DNA from: Arenicella sp.
Lineage (GTDB): Bacteria > Pseudomonadota > Gammaproteobacteria > Arenicellales > Arenicellaceae
Assembly: GCA_965230315.1 (NCBI GenBank)
Contig: CBDDKT010000002.1
Location: 2,476,493-2,500,492 of the forward strand
DNA length: 24,000 nucleotides
Direction of reading: 5' to 3'
Numbering within the stretch: the stretch's first letter is position 1; each line of letters begins with the position of its first letter. Below are positions 1-8,519 of this stretch, piece by piece. The position numbers and the translations under genes were made by a program. A model generated the notes under the pieces. It searched no databases and had not been told where the DNA came from. It saw only the letters and a program-made list of their open reading frames with translations.

Positions 1-68
1 ACCACAGGAAGCCAGGAAGGCGGTGGCTTTAAGCCTATATTTTTAGATATTAGCGTTGAAATATTCAT
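1..68 (-). CDS. 5' end of next ICE T4SS operon gene (partial, runs off window)
   Basis: Minus-strand ATG at 68..66 with GAGG 8 nt upstream. The frame stays open to the window edge (MNISTLISKNIGLKPPPSWLPV...). Too short to classify. Confidence 0.3.
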   Translation of the reverse strand, partial: MNISTLISKNIGLKPPPSWLPV

Positions 69-92
69 CAGTAGCACCTCGGTAGAGTTGAT

Positions 93-374
93 TTAAGTTA
101 GGGTTAGAATTACAAGAACACAGAGAAAGACACTTCGCGCAATCAATGAAAATATTGAATAACCGTCTCCATCATTTGCTTTGGCGAGCTGCTTTAAACT
201 CGATTGAAGCACCCATATGACGAGCACGCACATAGCCAAAAAGATTAGGCTTTGGCCAACGGTGTCGAGCCATTCGGCTTTTAAGCCACCACTGCCTTGT
301 TCAAAATCTTCGCTGACACCCGCGAATGATGGAAAAGGCAATAGAGCAAAAATGAGGAGGGCGATGGATTTCAA
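93..374 (-). CDS. Small ICE T4SS membrane / pilin-like protein (PFL_4701/PFL_4702-type)
   Basis: 93 aa with signal peptide MKSIALLIFALLPFPSFA and two hydrophobic helices. 4-nt overlap with the upstream gene. Size, topology and position right after the RAQPRD gene fit the TIGR03758/TIGR03745-type proteins (from memory). Confidence 0.6.
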   Translation of the reverse strand: MKSIALLIFALLPFPSFAGVSEDFEQGSGGLKAEWLDTVGQSLIFLAMCVLVIWVLQSSLKQLAKANDGDGYSIFSLIARSVFLCVLVILTLT

Positions 375-685
375 CGTGTGTAGTTTCCTTCTATATCGCG
401 GAGCACATTGGCGTCGCCTTTAGGCTTACTTGGAATATCGCTTAAGTACTCCGAGATACCGTGCTTCAGTATGTTTAGATCACCGTCGAGTCGCTTATAA
501 TCAAAACGCGATCGAACATTGTGCTTCTGAGACGATTTGGTTTTCTGCAAATAGACTTGCAGGTAGCTAAGCTCATTCATCACGCTTTCTAAGCGTTGTC
601 GCTCCGTCACCGTTTGCATATCGTTGGCTAGTACGCCAGCGGCACTAGCGAGCAAGAAAATTAGTAATATTAATTTTTTGAACAT
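371..685 (-). CDS. RAQPRD-family ICE protein (TIGR01690-like), motif degenerate
   Basis: 104 aa, signal peptide. RFDYKRLDGDLNILKHGISEYL...PSKPKGD...L..IEGNY matches the family pattern (..Y.FDY.RL..DL..I..GI..YL...QPRD). SKPKGD stands in place of RAQPRD. Confidence 0.7.
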   Translation of the reverse strand: MFKKLILLIFLLASAAGVLANDMQTVTERQRLESVMNELSYLQVYLQKTKSSQKHNVRSRFDYKRLDGDLNILKHGISEYLSDIPSKPKGDANVLRDIEGNYTR

Positions 686-706
686 AGATTTCTCCGAGAG
701 TTAGGC

Positions 707-1399
707 TTACCAATTCTTTTTGAATTTGCTAGCCATTACGAACCACGATGCGCCATAGGCAAATGCACACGGCCCGAATATGAGCAATGGTGATAACTCG
801 TTCGGCCAGGTGAGATAAACGATCACAGGCAAAACAATGGACCAAAATTTAATCCGTTTCGCATGATGGAATATCCAAGAGGTTTCGTTACGCACTTGGT
901 ACTTACGAATTGCTCTTTGAACTAAGCCAGCATTAATCGACCAGATCATTAAGATAAGAAAAATAGGAAGTGAGAGTAGAATCACCACCACTTTAAGAGT
1001 AATTACGTTAATCATGTTGAGCATGCTGACTGCATAGACATGCGGATCAAGAAGTCCCATTCGATTGAAGCCATGCTGGACAAACCGAAGATCGGAAAGA
1101 CCGTTCAATGCAGCTTCCATCTTTAATGTTTCAGCAACAAATAAGTAAGTATGCTGTTGCGCGATTAACAGTCTTGATATGAGCGTATTGCCATAACCGG
1201 TGGTCACTAACTGCGAATTCGCCAGATAAGACATTTCCGCCTCAAGCAATCGTAACGAACGATACGCACCTTGCTCTGGGTAATACTTGGTCATAATGAA
1301 CCACTCCAGAACGATGCCAAATAGCACGCAAAGCAAGAACCACAGCATGGTTTTAAATATCATCCAAAATGGACCGGTCTTTTCTTGTTTAGCCGCCAT
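707..1399 (-). CDS. ICE integral membrane protein, PFL_4697/TIGR03747-like
   Basis: 230 aa with multiple hydrophobic helices. Its ATG overlaps the traD stop (TAATG). Its position immediately downstream of traD matches the family. Confidence 0.65.
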   Translation of the reverse strand: MAAKQEKTGPFWMIFKTMLWFLLCVLFGIVLEWFIMTKYYPEQGAYRSLRLLEAEMSYLANSQLVTTGYGNTLISRLLIAQQHTYLFVAETLKMEAALNGLSDLRFVQHGFNRMGLLDPHVYAVSMLNMINVITLKVVVILLSLPIFLILMIWSINAGLVQRAIRKYQVRNETSWIFHHAKRIKFWSIVLPVIVYLTWPNELSPLLIFGPCAFAYGASWFVMASKFKKNW

Positions 1400-3645
1400 T
1401 AGGTTTCTCCTGAATGAATAGAGAATTCGGCCGCATCAGCTTCCATTTCAGCTTCCATCGGACCGGTCATGGTATTGAGTGGGAAGTAACCGTCCTTATC
1501 TTGTTTTAGCAATTGATCGTCACTCGCAAGCGACTCCTCATCAACTCCAGTAAAACTGAACTCTGGGTACACCGCTTTAAACCAAGTGTCTTCATAGCTG
1601 TCAGACGACACCTTACTCAGGTCGTTCTTCTTCATGACATCAATCATTTGACGGATGCTGTCCGGTGCCACGCCTTCTTTTACCTCAATCAGTGGCATTC
1701 TGATCTTTTCTAACCGTGTGCCATTGGTAAGCAAGAACGCTTCACCCGTTGGTAGCGACATAACACTTTGATGAGAAAGTAATGAACGCGTATCAGCATC
1801 CTCACGCTGCATGGAACTCGAACCAAAGTCCTCTGGCGTTTCTGGACTTGCCGAATCGGAAAAGCCATACACCTTTCCTTCTTTCTCAATCGTCACTTCA
1901 TTGAGTCGACTGACCAGAATGTTGGCGGTGTTCCAGTTATTAACTCGGAACATCAAAATCGCTCCAAAGTTATCGATGGCCGCTTCCGCGTTTTCACGAC
2001 TGCCTAAGGTATTAACTAAATCCGCATGAGACTGGGTATAGATACGAAGCTTAACGCCAACTTCGCCCGCTCTGGCAAGTAAGTTCTTAACCGCCGTTGT
2101 TTTAATCGCTGACAGCTCATCAATGTGCAGAGCCACTGTTTTAGGTAGAAACCCTTTGTCATCGTTCGCAGGAGAAATTCGGCCGTAGTCTTTACCGTAC
2201 TGATAGACCGACCCTAAATAATTCATTAAGTCTTCGAGTAATATCTGAATGAACGTACTCGAGATGGTTGGGTCACCTAAGGCGTTAGTACCGACGTATA
2301 AAATTTCGCCATCGTTAAGTAATTGCCCCCAATCCAAAATCGCTCGATCTGAATCCAAGTCGTCATAATCAGGAACTAGAATTTGCGCGATTGAACCCGT
2401 AGTAAGCTTCTCTAGAATAGGCTCAATATTGCGAATCAGTTTGCGCTCATGCATTACGTTCTCATGCAAGTAACTGATCATAGTTTGGAGCTCTGGGCTA
2501 TCAGGCATATGCTCCTTACTAATGAGCTCCTTAACAGCCGCAACCGTTTTAATTGATTTTGAGTCATGGCCTGTGCGATTAGGCCCATCCATCGCCTGCT
2601 TTAAATGCGTCTTTAAAACATCATTCGCAATTTCTGAATTCGAACAGTTACGTTTGATATAGAGCTCGCAATAGCTCTTAACCAGTTCATCGCAGCGAGT
2701 CATGTAATACTTGATTTTGTCGAAGGTTGCTTGCTCACCTAAGTAATGCAATCCAACCGCGATGAAATTAGATTTAAGCCAAGCAAACTGTTTAAAGTTT
2801 TCCTCGGAGTCAATGCCTTCGGTAATACGTCCAGAAATTTCAGTGATGCGATGATAAGAACCAATCGCATTGTATTGACTGCTTAACTCAGGAAAGGCGA
2901 GGTGGATGATTTTGAATTGATCCACTTTGCCATTGCGAACCGCAGCATCGTACATCGCTGAAAAGACCTTAAAGCCACCTTTGGGATCAATCCCAATGGT
3001 GGGTCGACCTGATTCAATGTCTTGTGTTGCAAGCACTTGAAAGCCACAGGACTTACCAGCCCCGGTGCCACCAACGATGAGAATGTGGTTCGTTGCATCG
3101 ATATTCATCAAAATGCTGTCTTCGCCTTCCCACGTGCCGATTGCGTGTATGGCCGCCGTTCCCGTTTGGTTGCGCGGAGGGAAAGGGTTGAGAATGTAAT
3201 ATGAGTTAAAAAACACAAACAGATGAGCGATAACCCACTTGCGCTTATGAACCAAAAGCCAAGCTTTAAAGGTTTTCTCAAACTTAGAAGCGTATAAAAA
3301 CACCGTGTTCTTGCGGTCGTACAAATCCTTTATTCGCTTAGTATGCTCGGCTGTCCACTCGTAGCCCTTCCCCATGAAATAGACTGACTCACTCTTAAAT
3401 ATCTTATGGCTCGCCAATGAGTAAGGAACCGAGGAAGACAAACTCCGATGGTAGCAATACAGCCTAAATGCCTTGAGCGTATAGTAAATGGCCGACACCG
3501 CGAAAAAGATACAAAGCGCGACGCCCAACTCGGGTAAAAACAACATCGCTTCTTTGAGGTAATACGTTGCTATGATCAATAGACCGCTCACTGTAGCGCC
3601 TCTAACTTCGGCTATCGGTCGCAGCAAGTTGTTGAACTCGTTCAT
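1399..3645 (-). CDS. traD: Conjugative coupling protein TraD (VirD4-type, PFGI-1 class)
   Basis: 748 aa with N-terminal TM helices, Walker A GGTGAGKS, Walker B-like VALHIDEL and an acidic C-terminal tail. ATGA overlap with the upstream gene. Confidence 0.9.
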   Translation of the reverse strand: MNEFNNLLRPIAEVRGATVSGLLIIATYYLKEAMLFLPELGVALCIFFAVSAIYYTLKAFRLYCYHRSLSSSVPYSLASHKIFKSESVYFMGKGYEWTAEHTKRIKDLYDRKNTVFLYASKFEKTFKAWLLVHKRKWVIAHLFVFFNSYYILNPFPPRNQTGTAAIHAIGTWEGEDSILMNIDATNHILIVGGTGAGKSCGFQVLATQDIESGRPTIGIDPKGGFKVFSAMYDAAVRNGKVDQFKIIHLAFPELSSQYNAIGSYHRITEISGRITEGIDSEENFKQFAWLKSNFIAVGLHYLGEQATFDKIKYYMTRCDELVKSYCELYIKRNCSNSEIANDVLKTHLKQAMDGPNRTGHDSKSIKTVAAVKELISKEHMPDSPELQTMISYLHENVMHERKLIRNIEPILEKLTTGSIAQILVPDYDDLDSDRAILDWGQLLNDGEILYVGTNALGDPTISSTFIQILLEDLMNYLGSVYQYGKDYGRISPANDDKGFLPKTVALHIDELSAIKTTAVKNLLARAGEVGVKLRIYTQSHADLVNTLGSRENAEAAIDNFGAILMFRVNNWNTANILVSRLNEVTIEKEGKVYGFSDSASPETPEDFGSSSMQREDADTRSLLSHQSVMSLPTGEAFLLTNGTRLEKIRMPLIEVKEGVAPDSIRQMIDVMKKNDLSKVSSDSYEDTWFKAVYPEFSFTGVDEESLASDDQLLKQDKDGYFPLNTMTGPMEAEMEADAAEFSIHSGET

Positions 3646-4157
3646 TGTTCAACGCCTCGTTTTGAAATCAATGCGGGGTAAAACGGTACATCAAACTTAT
3701 TGATGATGAGGCTTGGATCTAACGCAAAGATCCGTATTCCCTCTGCTGCTTTACGGACTGAATCCAAGTCTGATTCATCATCTAACTTAACCAAATAACA
3801 AACCGCTTTTACCTCAGATAATACGGAGCTACTTTTAGCTAACCAGTCCTTGGAGCGTTGATCGTTCGCAATCAAGCACAGAGGCTGTGTGACCTTAGCT
3901 GTAACTTCTTGGGTTAGAGTGAAAGGGGTAAAACTCCCTGGAGTTAGTCCAGAATCATAGCGATGATCTCCAGCCCAGCGTTTAGCTCGCGTTATACTTT
4001 GTGGGCTTAGTTGAATCGAAGTATCTGCTGTTTGTTTTAATAGTAGGGTTTCGTAGTACGGTTTTGCCGGAGTCACCGGACCAACGACTCCCAACACCTC
4101 GAGAGCCGATGTGGTTAGAGGAACAAGAGAACTAAGAAGCAGTAGCAAGATTTTCAC
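3642..4157 (-). CDS. Secreted ICE protein, PFL_4695/TIGR03765-like
   Basis: 171 aa, signal peptide MKILLLLLSSLVPLTTSA. Sits between the SLT gene and traD, as in PFGI-1-class ICEs. Confidence 0.55.
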   Translation of the reverse strand: MKILLLLLSSLVPLTTSALEVLGVVGPVTPAKPYYETLLLKQTADTSIQLSPQSITRAKRWAGDHRYDSGLTPGSFTPFTLTQEVTAKVTQPLCLIANDQRSKDWLAKSSSVLSEVKAVCYLVKLDDESDLDSVRKAAEGIRIFALDPSLIINKFDVPFYPALISKRGVEQ

Positions 4158-4716
4158 TGCACTCCTCCTTTACATACTTTTCGTAAATTCTTTTTACTCG
4201 GTCAGCGTAACGCTTGGCTGCCCTCAATGAAGCGGCTTTCGTTGATGCACCAGCGTTATAAAAACCTACCGCCTGCCAAACGTCATCGGCCTGATCTAGA
4301 AACTCGCTAAATATCTTCGCGCCTGCTCGAATGTTGGCTCCAATATCAAGAGCGTAACGCGCATTCTCCTTAAACGTTCCCTTATGAAACCGCCAGCTGA
4401 CTTGCATCAAGCCAACATCAAATTGATCGCTGCCTTGACTAATAGCTTGTTCAATTAGCATCAGCGCAGCTTGCTGAGATTCCGGGTAGTGCGATTCATT
4501 GTTGATATTGAGCGCCCAAGGCCAAACCTTAAAGCCAAACCCCTCGGTGGTGCGACCTGACTCTGCGAGCGCGATCGAATAGAACACATCGGCTGGAACA
4601 TCATATTCCAAGGCCGCCCGCTCGAACGCTGGCGGTACACACGCTTTGCTAAAACCACTAAAAGCAAGGGCTAGCAAACCTAATAAGACAACTCGAGTGG
4701 TAATATTAGTCTTCAT
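4132..4716 (-). CDS. Lytic transglycosylase (SLT domain) of the T4SS
   Basis: 194 aa, signal peptide. SLT motifs ALAESG (catalytic Glu), GLMQV and YNAG. Confidence 0.85.
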   Translation of the reverse strand: MKTNITTRVVLLGLLALAFSGFSKACVPPAFERAALEYDVPADVFYSIALAESGRTTEGFGFKVWPWALNINNESHYPESQQAALMLIEQAISQGSDQFDVGLMQVSWRFHKGTFKENARYALDIGANIRAGAKIFSEFLDQADDVWQAVGFYNAGASTKAASLRAAKRYADRVKRIYEKYVKEECSENLATAS

Positions 4717-5366
4717 TCTTCGATCACCTTTAGGCGACTCAGTCTTTGCCCGTATGAACGTTGAAAAATGCCTTTGTCATCGTTAAGGGTGACTTTATTG
4801 GGTGGTAGATTCAAAGCACTCGCCCAGCTGACTAATTGCTTTTCAATATCTAACTTTCGATTCAAACTTGTAACGTAGATATCCACTTTTTGATTCGCAC
4901 CCGTGACAATCGACTGAACCTCACTGGCGCAATCTTTGCAGTCGACATTCACAAATAAGATAGTCGGCTTCGAGGTTAGATAACTAAGCGAATCACTGAG
5001 TTCATCAGCCAAAATTTCTCTAGCCGCTGAGTACATTGCAATTGCAGACTTACGCTCCGCCTGAGCTTTTGGGTTGTTTGACTTCAAATACATCTTGGCG
5101 AACCGACGACGCTCATTTTCAGTCTTTGCTGAATACATCATCATTTCCATCGGAGAGAGATGCCCCCACCACTGCCCTTCTATGGTGTTCAAGCGACGCT
5201 TGTATTCCTTTAGATCATTTTTATCAAATCCGAAATCGCTGAGTTGCGATTCGGTATATTCAATACGCTCAAATGTTGTCTCTAATTCTGGCGCTATCTT
5301 TGACTCAGCAGCTACAGTCGATGTAAACGTAAAAACAATCCCGAAGAGTAGAAAGAACTTATTCAC
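4713..5366 (-). CDS. ICE periplasmic protein with CxxC motif, PFL_4693/TIGR03759-like
   Basis: 217 aa, signal peptide. VDCKDCASE (CxxC) suggests a thioredoxin-like fold. ATGA-type overlaps on both sides; position fits the family. Confidence 0.55.
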   Translation of the reverse strand: MNKFFLLFGIVFTFTSTVAAESKIAPELETTFERIEYTESQLSDFGFDKNDLKEYKRRLNTIEGQWWGHLSPMEMMMYSAKTENERRRFAKMYLKSNNPKAQAERKSAIAMYSAAREILADELSDSLSYLTSKPTILFVNVDCKDCASEVQSIVTGANQKVDIYVTSLNRKLDIEKQLVSWASALNLPPNKVTLNDDKGIFQRSYGQRLSRLKVIEE

Positions 5367-5965
5367 AGAACCACCGCACCCAACACTTTCACAACCGCTT
5401 GAAGCCCAGGGATAGAAGCATCGTAGGGCATGATCGCGATACGCTCATCTTCAACTCCCATCGCCAGAAGTTGGCCTTTCACATACTTAGCCCGTGCAAG
5501 ACCAAGTTGTTCGGCGCGTGGCCCTTCAAAGCCTGCCGCACCATATATTTGAAATTTGGTAGTGCCTACACGATAGCTTTGAAGCTCTGATAGATTAGCG
5601 TCAGTAGTTTCAGCGGCTAGCGCCTTCTCTCGTATCGCAAATGAAATACTGAGCTCCTTTTCGACCAGCCATTGTTGATGTTCAACTCGCTGAGGTCTCT
5701 CAATATTGGCAACTGAACAGTCTATGCTTTGCTCATCATTCTTAGATGTAGTCGTTCTAGATTCTTGGTCCGCCCAAGCAACAGAAGTCATATCACAAGG
5801 GCTACTTAAATCACGGTAGTAAACCGACGTTCCCGCGTAGTCAAATGTCTCAAAGCGTTGGCCAACCTTCGAAGACGTTCCACCTCCAAGCCAAGGAAAT
5901 GTCGAAGCACACCCTGTCAACCAAAGGATGCTCGCAATGACGACAAACTTAGTTAAGGTATTCAT
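5363..5965 (-). CDS. ICE lipoprotein, possible OmpA-like C-terminal domain
   Basis: 200 aa with lipobox LTGC. The C-terminal ...LGLARAKYVKGQLLAMGVEDERIAIMPYD resembles the OmpA_C peptidoglycan-binding pattern (weak). Confidence 0.5.
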   Translation of the reverse strand: MNTLTKFVVIASILWLTGCASTFPWLGGGTSSKVGQRFETFDYAGTSVYYRDLSSPCDMTSVAWADQESRTTTSKNDEQSIDCSVANIERPQRVEHQQWLVEKELSISFAIREKALAAETTDANLSELQSYRVGTTKFQIYGAAGFEGPRAEQLGLARAKYVKGQLLAMGVEDERIAIMPYDASIPGLQAVVKVLGAVVL

Positions 5966-6182
5966 TACTACCTCCTTGGAGTAACTCCGTTTGAGTCTTC
6001 AGCCCCGTGCTAATTGCGTCATACCGATTCGACTGCAAAACCCAAAAGATCAACGTAGAAGAGGCGCTGGCAACAACCCAAATTGCCGTCCAAACTTTGA
6101 ATAGGTTTTCCAACTTGGAAAAATTGACATTACTCGAATTCATAAACGGCCTCGAATGCAACCAAGCGATTAATTGGATCAA
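5949..6182 (-). CDS. Small membrane protein (uncertain)
   Basis: 77 aa with one hydrophobic helix (WTAIWVVASASSTLIFWVL). Fills the gap in a tightly packed operon. Its start overlaps the pilL-like gene, so the true start may be the internal MNSSN. Confidence 0.35.
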   Translation of the reverse strand: MIQLIAWLHSRPFMNSSNVNFSKLENLFKVWTAIWVVASASSTLIFWVLQSNRYDAISTGLKTQTELLQGGSNEYLN

Positions 6183-6531
6183 CTACGGGCTTGTAGCCCA
6201 GCCCCGCAATGATCGATAGCATCTCAATCACAGGCAAGTTCACTAACTCTCTGTTAGCCAGGGCCAGAGGTTTGCTCATGAGCGCTACGTCTTGCGGTGA
6301 TCGCACTTCATATGCAGCCTGCGCATAACCCGTGCGCATCAAAATAAAATCGACGGCCTCACCCGTTAGACGAATATTCATAGGAATAGCTTCAGACCTT
6401 ACTTCGACCAATGGAAAGCGTTGAGCTTTAGAGGGTTCTGTATTCGCTAACTCATAGCGCCCGACAGATACTTCACCTGCAATGCAAAACGAGTTCGCCA
6501 ACAACAAGACGATAACAATGATTTTTTTCAT
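6130..6531 (-). CDS. pilL: PilL-like ICE protein (PilL N-terminal domain, TIGR03748-like)
   Basis: Start placed at the second ATG (6531), which has GGAG 8 nt upstream. Signal peptide MKKIIVIVLLLANSFC. GRYELANTEP..AQ...L and TGEAVDFILMRTGY match the PilL pattern. Confidence 0.6.
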   Translation of the reverse strand: MKKIIVIVLLLANSFCIAGEVSVGRYELANTEPSKAQRFPLVEVRSEAIPMNIRLTGEAVDFILMRTGYAQAAYEVRSPQDVALMSKPLALANRELVNLPVIEMLSIIAGLGYKPVVDPINRLVAFEAVYEFE

Positions 6532-6633
6532 GTACATTTCTCCAGTTGTCTAATGAGTTTATTAAGCTAGATTTCCTAGCACCATGAAAAGGCGTTACAT
6601 AAATTTGTGCACGCCTTTTAAAATTGTTCGACC

Positions 6634-6669
6634 AAAAAAAGGCCACACACGAGTTCACGTGTATGGCCT
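6634..6669 (-). terminator. Rho-independent terminator after the 6690-7223 gene
   Basis: ggccacacacg / cgtgtatggcc stem (11 bp, 1 mismatch, 6-nt loop), followed on the minus strand by T7 (A7 at 6634-6640 on plus). A second weaker hairpin, aaaaggcgt/acgcctttt, lies at about 6588-6620. Confidence 0.7.
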
Positions 6670-6689
6670 TCTTGTTTAAGTGGTAAAGT

Positions 6690-7223
6690 TTAACGAGGGT
6701 CGAATGGAATATGTCCATCGATGTCATTGTTACTTTGACCGGCTTGCTCGCTTACCGTGTTTTCGACTGGTTTATCTTTTTCGAAAACGCGCATATCAAG
6801 AATGTTGTTGATACGAAAGCGCGCGACACCCACAGGCTCAGTTTGACCTTTAGGAATAAACGCACTGACACCCTCAAAACGAGGAGTCTTAGCGGTAATT
6901 CCTACGGATCTCTTAAGCAAGGGATCGCCCGCATTAATGGCGGCTATCATCGGCTTTAAAACGGTTAACGCCCGCTCTGACAAAGTACCTTCAACGGAAA
7001 TATAGTTATTGCCGTCTTTCTTGCCAGTCTTGATGTTGCCGTTGTAAAACCAAGTAATTGCACCGGTATTCTGATCTACATAATCAGTGATCTTGTAGAT
7101 GTAGATAATCGGATTGCCAGATAAGTAATGATTGATGTAATCGTTACTTTTATCTTGGTTAGCTGCGCCATTAGTAGGGCTAGCTTGAGGATCATTTTTT
7201 ACTGCTTGTTGTTGCATAGTCAT
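6690..7223 (-). CDS. Hypothetical ICE backbone protein (possibly DUF3577/STY4534-like)
   Basis: Start set at ATG 7223 (MTMQQQAVK..., GGAG about 10 nt upstream) rather than the longer ORF-track start. Terminator downstream. The family hint is only a loose pattern resemblance from memory. Confidence 0.55.
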   Translation of the reverse strand: MTMQQQAVKNDPQASPTNGAANQDKSNDYINHYLSGNPIIYIYKITDYVDQNTGAITWFYNGNIKTGKKDGNNYISVEGTLSERALTVLKPMIAAINAGDPLLKRSVGITAKTPRFEGVSAFIPKGQTEPVGVARFRINNILDMRVFEKDKPVENTVSEQAGQSNNDIDGHIPFDPR

Positions 7224-7650
7224 GGTAGGAAATCTCCAGTTATTATTTAAGGAAAGAAAAATAAAAACTGCGCCTACTAAACAATGATCACTACGTATCC
7301 AATGGACATATTCATTGTCCAATGGACACAATTTTCGGAAAATCTGACTTCGGTGTTTTCAGTCAGTAATACACCTTGAAAATTGAGTCGTACTAAAGAA
7401 CGAGCATGCAAAGATTAGCGCCTCACATTGCTCATACTTGGGAATTATTGAGTGAGCTAACTCACTGCACAGGCACTGAGTGCCAAATAGAAAATCCAAT
7501 CCGTTGGCATGAATCAAGCTATCTCAATTCGAGGTAACACTCCTGTGTTCCTGCGTTATTTTTACGCCCTGTTTAGACTAATGTCAAATATGATTTTTTT
7601 GACGATAATCAATTGAAATTAATACTAATTAGTCGAAACAAAAATCGATA

Positions 7651-8517
7651 TCAAGAAGGAATAAATAATCGAAACCCGTCCTCAAGATACCATTCACTAT
7701 TCATTAACGCGTAAAAGAATGCTGTTCTCCATCCATTTAGTTCGATATCTTTTTCAGCTCCATATTGATATTTAATCTCAGAAAACCTAAGTGTTTTAGT
7801 GCTAAAGCGCTCAATACTCATCGAAGTAGAAATAAGTAATCTTGATGCTTCTTTTCCGAAACGATTTTTTAGTGCGAATTCGGAAAAATGGGAGTTCGCT
7901 CTTTGCGCGATCGCAGGCGGCCAATAACTAGGCGCGTCAACATAAAATTCAATAGCGGCAGAATGATTCTCAACTACTCTGGCGTATAGCCATTGATCAT
8001 TTTCAATCAGATGCTGATCAAAATATGGGTGAAATGCTTGGCAACCTTTGCTTGTTACAACCGAAGCCGATTTTCCACTATTACAGTCTCGGCAAGCTGG
8101 CACGAGGTTAATGGCTAAAATCGAATACAGGGGGTATTTTGATTTAACTAAATAATGATCCAGTGTGTATACATGACCGAGTCCACAGGTCGGACATATG
8201 CCTCCACTAGCGGCATTGAGTAGTTGATCATAGATTCTACGTGCGGGCTTTTTCTTAGGAACGAGATGATTTGTATAGAGGTTTTTTAATTCTTTTTTAG
8301 TCACTTCACCGACTACAGCTTCTCTATTTTTCTCAACGCAAGGGTCGATTTTATAGAGTTCGGAATTCTGTACTCGCTCCTCATAGACCTGCTCTGCATC
8401 TTGAATACATGGGTATATAGATTTGTATCGGCTAACTAGATCGGCGTCTTGAATGGTTTCTATACATAAATCGAAAATTTCTGAGGTAGCCACCTCAGGC
8501 CTGTCTATCCCTTTCAT
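7651..8517 (-). CDS. HNH endonuclease, PtuB/TIGR02646-like
   Basis: 288 aa. CPTCG...LDHYLVKSKYP...NLVPACRDCNSGK is a Cys-flanked H-N-H core. Only 2 nt separate it from the upstream ATPase gene (TAGtaATG). Confidence 0.8.
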   Translation of the reverse strand: MKGIDRPEVATSEIFDLCIETIQDADLVSRYKSIYPCIQDAEQVYEERVQNSELYKIDPCVEKNREAVVGEVTKKELKNLYTNHLVPKKKPARRIYDQLLNAASGGICPTCGLGHVYTLDHYLVKSKYPLYSILAINLVPACRDCNSGKSASVVTSKGCQAFHPYFDQHLIENDQWLYARVVENHSAAIEFYVDAPSYWPPAIAQRANSHFSEFALKNRFGKEASRLLISTSMSIERFSTKTLRFSEIKYQYGAEKDIELNGWRTAFFYALMNSEWYLEDGFRLFIPS

Positions 8518-8519
8518 TA

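Noticed and set aside
6473-6727. 84-aa minus-strand ORF spanning the pilL-like start region and the terminators
   Set aside because: It reads through two hairpin terminators and overlaps two supported genes. No RBS.
7224-7331. N-terminal extension of the 6690-7331 ORF (MCPLDNEYVHWIRSDH...)
   Set aside because: The internal ATG at 7223 has a GGAG upstream. The extension is Cys/Trp/His-rich junk-like sequence in an AT-rich promoter region.
7332-7650. Small hairpins (agtgag-ctaa-ctcact, ggcac-tga-gtgcc) as terminators of the HNH gene
   Set aside because: The stems are only 5-6 bp, with no T-run on the minus strand. This is too weak to call.
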